Assembly (NCBI RefSeq): GCF_009914755.1
Contig: NC_060934.1
DNA: 64,000 bases
Reading direction: 5' to 3' (one strand)
Source of the DNA: the human T2T-CHM13v2.0 reference genome, Homo sapiens
The notes beneath the pieces are model-generated. The model saw nothing but the letters and a program-made list of their open reading frames with translations. It did no database searches and had not been told where the DNA came from. The first letter of the stretch is position 1. Each line of letters begins with the position of its first letter. Shown here piece by piece: positions 55,756 through 64,000 of the stretch. The position numbers and the translations under genes are program-made.

Positions 55756-56381
55756 TTATATGGCAGACAATAAAACAATTAAAGTGTTCATTAGGGGCTC
55801 AGACTCTTGATGAGCAAAATACTTTTGCTTTAATAAACCAATGAATATTTCTTCTGATTTTATTGTGTGTTTTCAGTGTTGCTTTGGGAATAAGTTTTAC
55901 CTACATTTTAAAACAGTTTTATAAAAGTAGAAATTACATGCCTAGAATGTATTAATTATAAGTATAAAATTCAGTGATTTATTACATTGATAGAATTTTG
56001 CAATCAGTTTTAAGACATTTCATTAACCCTGGAGAGATCCATTTTGTCTCTTTGCAGTGAACTTCAGTTCCTACTCCCAGGTCCAGAAAAACAATGTTAC
56101 AATTTTTGTCTCTGTAGACTAGCCTCTTCTGCACATTCAGGAAGTACACGATATTTAGGTTTTTGCATCTTTCTTCTTTCCCTTCGCACAGTGTTTCTGA
56201 GGATCATCTATGTTGTAGTATACATCAATAATTTGTTCCTGTCTATTGATGAATATATTCCATTATGTGGGTATACCAGATACAGTTTACTTGTTCACCA
56301 GTTGATAGAAATTGTATTGTTCTAGTTATTGACATTTATAAATAATGCTGCTATGAACTTTCCCTTAAAAGTTTTTGTGTG

Positions 56382-57385
56382 GGCTAGGAGCAGTGACTGA
56401 TGACTGTAATCCCAGATCTTTGGGAGGCTGAGACCAGAGGATCACTTGAGGCCAGTAGTTCAAGACAAGCCTGAGCAACATAGCAAGACACTGTCTTTAC
56501 AAAAAATACAACACTTAGCTGTGTTTGCTGGCATGCACCTGTAGTCCAAGCTACTTGGGAGGCTGATGCAGGAGGTTTGCTTGAGCCCAGAAATTCAAGG
56601 TTGCAGTGACCCCGATTGTGTGAGGTGGAAATTAAAGAAAGAAAGGAAAATGAAAAAGAGAAAGAATAAGTTTTCTGTATTAAGCTGACTCATCTGCAAG
56701 GCAGTGACAGGCAAAAGCTAGACCTACGCAAAAGTCCTGATAACATTATCTAAGAAGCCAGAGCTCAAAGGAATGTGCTTTGGAGACTCTCCCAGCACTC
56801 CCTTAACATTAGGAGAAGAAAAACAAATTTTCCTTTCTCTAATGATATGAGTAAATCTATGAGTTTATGTATTCCTATTCTCTGTAACTAGTAACTTCAA
56901 GTATTCTATTTTATGTAAGTGGCAGAGAAGGCCATAGGAAGCCTGAGCAGGCCTGAACTACAGCCACCTAGGCGCCATAGCGAAAGTTATGAGATAAGCC
57001 TGTACAAGGGACTTGAGTAAAAACTAGATAACAGCCATCTAGGCCACATAGCGAGATGTCATATGTAATCCTGAGTTATGCACCTGACACAATTTGATTA
57101 ACTGTCTTTGTTCTGCTTCTGTACACTTCTTTCATGCCACTACGCTTCACAGCACTGTAAGCTAGCTTCAAACTAGCCAACCCCCTTTTTAAAGTGTGTA
57201 TAAAAGCCAAGACTTGTCTTTGTTCTTAGTCCAGTTTTTAGTATGCTAGGTCTGAGTGCACTCACTAAAGATCCTCCTGTATTCACCCCGTAGTCTCTCT
57301 AGTCCTTCTGATTCCTGCAACAGTGCACTGCCCTCCAGCCTGGGTGACAGAGCAAGTGCCTGTCTGAAAAAGAAAAAAAAAAAAA
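56382..57385 (+). mobile_element. AluJ split by an LTR insertion
   Basis: Alu runs to ...gattgtg (56620) and resumes gtgcactgccctccagcctgggtgacagagc at 57323. Confidence 0.88.
56621..57322 (+). mobile_element. ERV1-class solo LTR (~702 bp), subfamily not assigned
   Basis: TG...CA termini, TATAAAA at ~57199, GTG duplicated at flanks, cleanly interrupts an Alu. Confidence 0.8.
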
Positions 57386-58153
57386 GTGAACACATGTTGA
57401 CATTTCCCTTGAGTAGATAACTAGAAATGGAATAGCTGAATCACAAGATAAATATATGTTTTGACTTTTCAAGGAAGTGCCAAGGTATTTTCTAAAGTGG
57501 TGCTACCATTTTACATTCCCACCTACTATATATGAGGGTTTCAATTTGTTCACATCTTTACGTGGTATGTTCAGTAATTTTCATTGTAAACGTTCTAGTG
57601 GGTCTAAGGTGGTATCTCATTGTGGTTTTATTGTGCATTTCCTCCCTGACTAATTATATTGGCCATATTTTCATATGTTTATTATCATCTGCCTATCCTC
57701 TTGAATGAAATGTCCATTCAGATACTTTGCCCATTTTGCAAAAGGGAGGTTGCTTTCTTAATATTGAGTTGTAAGAGGTATTTCTACTCTAAATAGAAGT
57801 ATTTTTTAATCAGATACATAATTTGCAAAATGTTTTTTCCAGTCTGTGACTTGTTTTTTCATTGTTTTCAATGTCTTTTAGGCTATTAACATTTTGCCAA
57901 ACTTAAGTTCTGGAATGCTTTTTTTGTATTTTCTTCTCAATTTTTTTTTTTTTTTTTTTTTTTTTTAGTTTTTAGCTCCGACATTTAATATCTTTGAGCC
58001 AGGTTCAGCTACTATTTGTGTATGGTATAAGGTAAAAGCCTAAATTCATCATTCTGTATGTGGATATTCAATTCCTGCAGCACACTTGTTGAAAGACTGT
58101 TCTTTCCTCACTTAATTGCCTTGACCCCGTTTTTCAAAAATCAATGGGCCATA

Positions 58154-58328
58154 TAATTTATTGCAATTTCAGATCTTCTCTTCTAGACATTTGTTCCCAA
58201 CACAAAGAAATGTCAAATGTCATAGGTGATGAATATCCTAAGTATCCTGATTTGATTATTACACATGTATCAGAATATCACAATCCCATAAATATGTACA
58301 ATTATGTATCAATAAAAATAAAATTTAA
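58154..58328 (+). mobile_element. Short L1MA 3' end with small 5' inversion
   Basis: gttcccaacacaaagaaatg...gtatcaataaaa; 18-bp TSD AAAAATCAAT(G/T)GGCCATA 58136-58153 / 58329-58346. Confidence 0.8.
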
Positions 58329-59793
58329 AAAAATCAATTGGCCATAAATGTATTTTGTTTTCTAGTCTCAACTTTGTTTCACTGATCAGTATTCCTGTTC
58401 TTTAGGCAGCACCACATTGTTTTGATTATTGCTCCTTTATATTACATTAAGAAATTGGGAAATGTGAGTTTTCCAACTTTTCCATTGACAAAAATATCTT
58501 GGTTATTCTGAGTAATTTGTGTTTTCATATACATTATAGGAAGGACTTGTCAATTTCTGCTAAAAGGCCTATTGAGACTCTTTTGTAGAGATTAAATTTA
58601 ATTAGACTGGAAGATATAAGTTACGGTTCTTTTTCTTTGTTTTTAAAATTTTTAATTTGCGTTTTCACTTCTATGTGGTATTTAAAAGCTTGGCTGCCAA
58701 TAATTTTCAGAGACTATTTAACATCCTTACTGCATAAGACACTGAACCAGCGTTACCCCATGTGTCCCCAGGAATTGTCTGGAATTGGTGAGATTGAATG
58801 TTAGGTTGTTAAGTTCTTTATCCAGGTAAATATCTAAGATACACATATACACATGGAAAAGTTCGACTTCTAGAAAAAAATGCATACTCAAATATATAAC
58901 CTCACCTTGTTTAAAAGGAAGTAGGCACAAAGTGTAAATACTTTATTCTCAATAAGATTATATTGACAAAACTAGATATTTTGCTATGAAACAATTAGGT
59001 GATTTTTTTCTTCATAAAAATGTAAACTAAACTCTCTGTTCTACAGATTTCAAGTACTAATTATCATAGTGCTTTGAAAAAGGCAACAGCAAGTACAAAA
59101 TTGAGATGCATATTTTGAACTTCAGAAAAGGACCAATTTCCCCTTTAACCTGGCATCTTATTGATTGCATGACCAAAATTCACATGTATCAGTCCAAAGG
59201 CATTATATTAGGCTTTCAAAAATGCATATTTTCTCATTTAGTTGCCATAAAGAAACTCTCCCAATTGGCTTATTATTCCAAATCAATAGAAAGGAAACAG
59301 AAGCTCACAAAAGCTAACTTACTAAAGCCACAGAGCTGGAAAGTGGCAAATCTAAATCTGAGACAAATCTGTGTCACATCAGTCTGCTGTATTACATGTG
59401 CCAGTTGGAGTTAGACCCGAGAGTAGTACAAATAGTCTTTGAAATACCCTTCCTCACATCACTCCAATTATCAGTGTTTTCAACATTTTCTATCTTCAAC
59501 CATATTTTCTAAATGTGTTTTGTAGGAAATTTGGCTGGGACAGAGAATGACCAAAGGCCAACCTTAGCTAAGAGAGGCTTTTTTTTTTTTTTTTTTTTTA
59601 AATCAGAGGAAATGCATTGTTCCCTGAAGATGCTTATTGTCAGATTTATTATAGCACAATTCATGGCAAAATGCAAAGAGCAGGGTCTTTGGAATAAGAG
59701 ATTGAAGTTCAATTACCTAGTACATTTGTAACCTTGGATAATTTACTTAGTAATTCAATTTTATTTATTGCATCATGATTGTAATTATGAGAA

Positions 59794-60122
<329 letters not shown>

Positions 60123-61929
60123 TAATTTTTAAAAATGCCTCAACTTGTTTGACACATAGTGGACATTATTAACATTTTTGTTTCTGTTTTCATCAGTTTC
60201 TTTTGGAAGTCATATTTACATAAATCCAGAACATTAATAACTACAGAAATGATTTGGGAATATGTTTTCATGTAAGAACTTAATAAATGCTAAAAAGTAT
60301 ACAACAAGGATTAGACTAGTTTTCCAACAAGATTAGACTTATCTCTTTCAATTGCATTTTTACTATAATTTACAATCTTTACCTTTCACAGTTTCCTATT
60401 ATTCATTTTTCAATGTCAGATTCATCAGCAAACTTAAAACTCTAATTTAGAGTTTCAGTAAAATAATTAAGAAATACCATTCTAGAAGCTTAAAATTTAA
60501 CTTAGAAAGCTAGTACTACTCTTCCATGAACTATGATTCTGAGAGTCACCGATGATGTTAGCTACTGCTGTACTTGCCGGAATTTTCAGATCAAGATACT
60601 GCATTTTGTTTTAGGAGAGATCTTCATGTTTAGCATTTAAATTGCAGATCATAAGGTAATTCTTGCCTTTGCTTGCTAGTTCCAGATGGATAGATTCTGA
60701 CTTACACACTGTTCAATTCCCTATTTTAGTCTGTCATTTCTCTAACAATGCTCAGCATCCATGCAGTTTGGACACAGACCATCAGAACTAAATTGCAATG
60801 CCCTCATGAGAAAGGGTTTCTCAACTAGGAGCAAATGCACTTGAAACCTTTTGGATTTTTTTCTAATCACGATTTAGCCCTACAGCTTCTTTCTTTTCAT
60901 TTTATGTCAGTAATAAACCAAAACACCATGAGAAGTGCCTGAAAGCTAAAGGGATTAAAGTCGCAAACTTATTTTTACATATTTGTCGCACTTAGAATCA
61001 TGTTTGGGTTGTTTCTATTGCCTCATCCTAATTTTCAAGGGACATCATTTCACCCTATCTATATAAACTCTTTCCATTTAAGAAGAGTTATCTATTATTC
61101 ATAGCTCAGTTTAAACACAAAGTTGATTTGGGTTGCCACTCAATAGCTATCAAGATCCACCCCAGGACAGCCAGTATTTCATAGGTGCACAAAGTGAGTG
61201 GTTTGGAAAAGTAACTAAAAGAACAAGGACAATCTGGGGATTATTCCCCATTTTACTCAAATCCATCTATTCTGTAATATTGTAATGTTGCTATAGAGGT
61301 TACTAATCCATTTGAAATTTTTTGTTTAAAAATGTTTATGAGGAAATGTCGTAAATCCTCAGGTAACTTTGTATTTCCGTTGAAGAAAATACATTAAAAA
61401 ACAAATCATTTGTTGCCTTTTCCCCCATTCATATCTCTCTGTATCATATTAATACCCTATGTCCAAAACCAATATAATTTGAACAATTTGTTTTCCAGGT
61501 AATTAAATTTTTTAAATCATGGTGATTACAGTATTGGTTTTCATTATTTCATTGTCACAATGTGCTGTGTCATTCAAAAGTAGTGATATACTGACATTTT
61601 TCTCAGTTCTTTTGGTGATTTTAAATATCTAGGTATGAATTTTTATTGAGACAAACAAAGATATTTCTTCCCTATGTTAAGATTTTAAATCAAAGATGCA
61701 TTACAAAATCCTCTACTTGTTAAAATTCTTCCAAGTATTATACTTTTAAAATTATATTTGCCTGGGTTTCTATTGAAATTAAGCATTTTTTCTTAATTGT
61801 ATTAATGATTTGTGTATTCCTAGGAGCTAGTAGGTCATCTATCTGAATATAGGCCTTCCTTAGGGAACAGTCTTAGCATGAGAATTTAAGGACTATTAAA
61901 GATATCTGAAGTACATAAGTAAACCCCTC

Positions 61930-64000
61930 TTTGTGAAATGTCTGATCAGATCTTTTGCCCATTTTTTAAAATGGGGTTTGACTTTCTATTATAAGTATTA
62001 TAAAACTTATAAGTATTTTTTATGTATTCTGGACACAAGACCGTTGTCAGAGGTATATTTTGCAAAAATTTTGTCTTTGTCACAAATATTTTAATTTTCT
62101 TAATGATATCTTACCAAAAGAAAATTTTTAAAAAGTAGTTGTAGTCCATTATATCAAATATACATTTTATGATTTTTACTTTTATACATATCATTTTAGA
62201 AATAGTTGTCTAAGCCAAGGCCACAAACATTTTTCTTAAATATTTCTGGCAGAAAGTTTATGTTTTCCACTTAAATATTTATATTTATGATCAATATCAA
62301 GTAAATTTTTGATGTAGCATGAGATAGATGTTGAGGCTTATTTTAAATATTACTATACAATTGTTTCAGCACCATTTTTTGAAATAATTATATTTCACTT
62401 TTGAATTAGTTTGACATTTTAGTCAAAAATAAGATTGACCATATCTAAGTAGATCTATTTTTGGAGTTTCTTTTGTGTTTCATTTGTGCATGTGTCTATT
62501 CTTATGCTAATACTAGAGTCCTAATTACTCTATTTTTATATTAATCCTTGTAATGGGTTAGTTTATATCCTCTAGCTTTGTTCATTTTCAAAATAGTTTT
62601 GGCTTTTTTTGTCCTTTACATTTCCATTTAAAGTTTATAATTAACATCACATTTTACAACAGATTTCCTTAGTTTTGGTTTGAGTTTGCATTAAATCTAT
62701 AAAGGTGGCGAGAATGGTCACCTTAACAGTTTTGAATCATCTAATTTATGAACATAGATAACGCTCAAATTATAAGTATGTTCTTTGCCTTTTGTCTGCA
62801 ACATGTTGTAGATAAAGTTGTACAGATTTATTTATATTTCATTTCTCTTTAGTTTTAATAATTCATATCCTTCAAGGATTTTCTTTATTTTAATTGTCAA
62901 AATTATTAGAATAAAGTGTTCACAAGTGTTAAATTATAATCTCTCCATTTCTTTTCTTATTTATTTTTTGAGACGGTGTTAGCACTTATTGCCCAAGGTG
63001 GAGTACAATGGCACCATCTGGGCTCACTGCAACCTCTGCCTCCAGCTTCAAGCGATTCTCCTTCCTTAGCCTCCCGAGTAGTTGGGATTACAGGCATGCA
63101 CCACCATGCCCGGCTAATTTTGTATTTTTATTAGAGATAGGGTTTCTCCATGTTGGTCAGGCTGGTCTCGAAGTCCTGACCTCAGGTGATCCGCCCGCCT
63201 CAGCCTCCCAAAGTGCTGGGATTACAGACATGAGCCACCGCACCCAGCCTTCAATTTCTTGAGGATCTGTAGTAATTTATCCTCTCTTATTTCTGTTAGT
63301 CTCTTTGTCTGTCTCTCTCTCTCTCTTTCTCCTTTCTTTCCTCTCTCTGTCTTTTTCTCTTAATTAGTCCAGCTTGAGTTGTATTCATTTGTAGACTTTC
63401 TTTTTCAGAAATAACTTTGGGTTTATTGTTTCTCCTCTATAAATGTTCTGTGTTTTCAATAACAGTGATTTATGTTTGTATCTTTATTATTAATATTTCC
63501 TGGCATGTTTTATAAGTGCCAAATCGAAACTATTGGTTGATGATATTCTATCATCCATATTCTTTTGTGTCATGTCATTCTACCAATTGTTGAAAATAAA
63601 ATGGGGAAACTTCCCACTATATTTGTGGATTTGTCTATTTCTCGTTTCAGTTCTATCTGTATTTTTGTCACATAGGTTGAAGCCCTGGAGTTTGGTTCAT
63701 ACACATATAATATTGCTATATGTTCTTGATGGGTTTTTAAATTTTTAATTATAATGTAATGCCCATATTTTTTCCTAGTAATTTTTTTGTTCCAAGGCCT
63801 AACTTTATAATGCTAATGTAGGCACTACTGCAATTTTTATTAATGTATGCAGAATATATTCTTTTTGCATAATTTTTCTTTTAATGTATGTGTTGCTATT
63901 TTTGAGTTTCTTAAAAAGAGCATATAGTTGGTTATGGTTTTTTTAAACCTCTGTCAAATCTTGTCTGTTAATGTGCATGTTTAGACATTTTAACATTTAA
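61930..64000 (-). mobile_element. Ancient L1ME fragments
   Basis: tgtgaaatgtctg..cagatcttttgcccattttt, caattgtttcagcaccattt, gtggatttgtctatttctc. Confidence 0.65.
62948..63249 (-). mobile_element. AluSp-like
   Basis: ggagtacaatggc, ggtttctccatgttggtcaggctgg. Confidence 0.9.

Larger units (their letters stand above)
55900..58570 (-). mobile_element. L1MB/ME 3' portion with nested AluJ, LTR and L1MA
   Basis: aataatgctgctatgaac, accattttacattcccacc, gtggtatctcattgtggtttt. Confidence 0.8.

Overview
Human (or very close great-ape) genomic DNA, AT-rich and repeat-dense. It holds one protein-coding gene, ZWINT (ZW10-interacting kinetochore protein, Zwint-1), on the minus strand. I reconstructed the CDS by hand from GT-AG junctions: 8 coding exons between 47576 and 44758, 834 nt, 277 aa plus stop. 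A ninth, non-coding exon ends at a poly(A) signal at 43797-43802. A CpG-island promoter lies just upstream with CHR, E2F-like, two CCAAT, GC-box and NRF1-like motifs. The other ~60 kb is gene desert: old L1, L2, MIR and MER5 fragments, about 10 Alus, several MaLR LTRs, and ERV1/ERVL solo LTRs including a full HERV-W LTR17. Repeat subfamily names come from recalled consensus motifs, not a search, and old-repeat boundaries are approximate. I found no convincing new multi-gene system. The most interesting signals are the ZWINT poly(A) site sitting in an antisense L1 remnant, an in-frame stop-free intron 7, an upstream in-frame Kozak ATG, internal alternative splice sites, and several well-preserved retrotransposition or template-switch scars.
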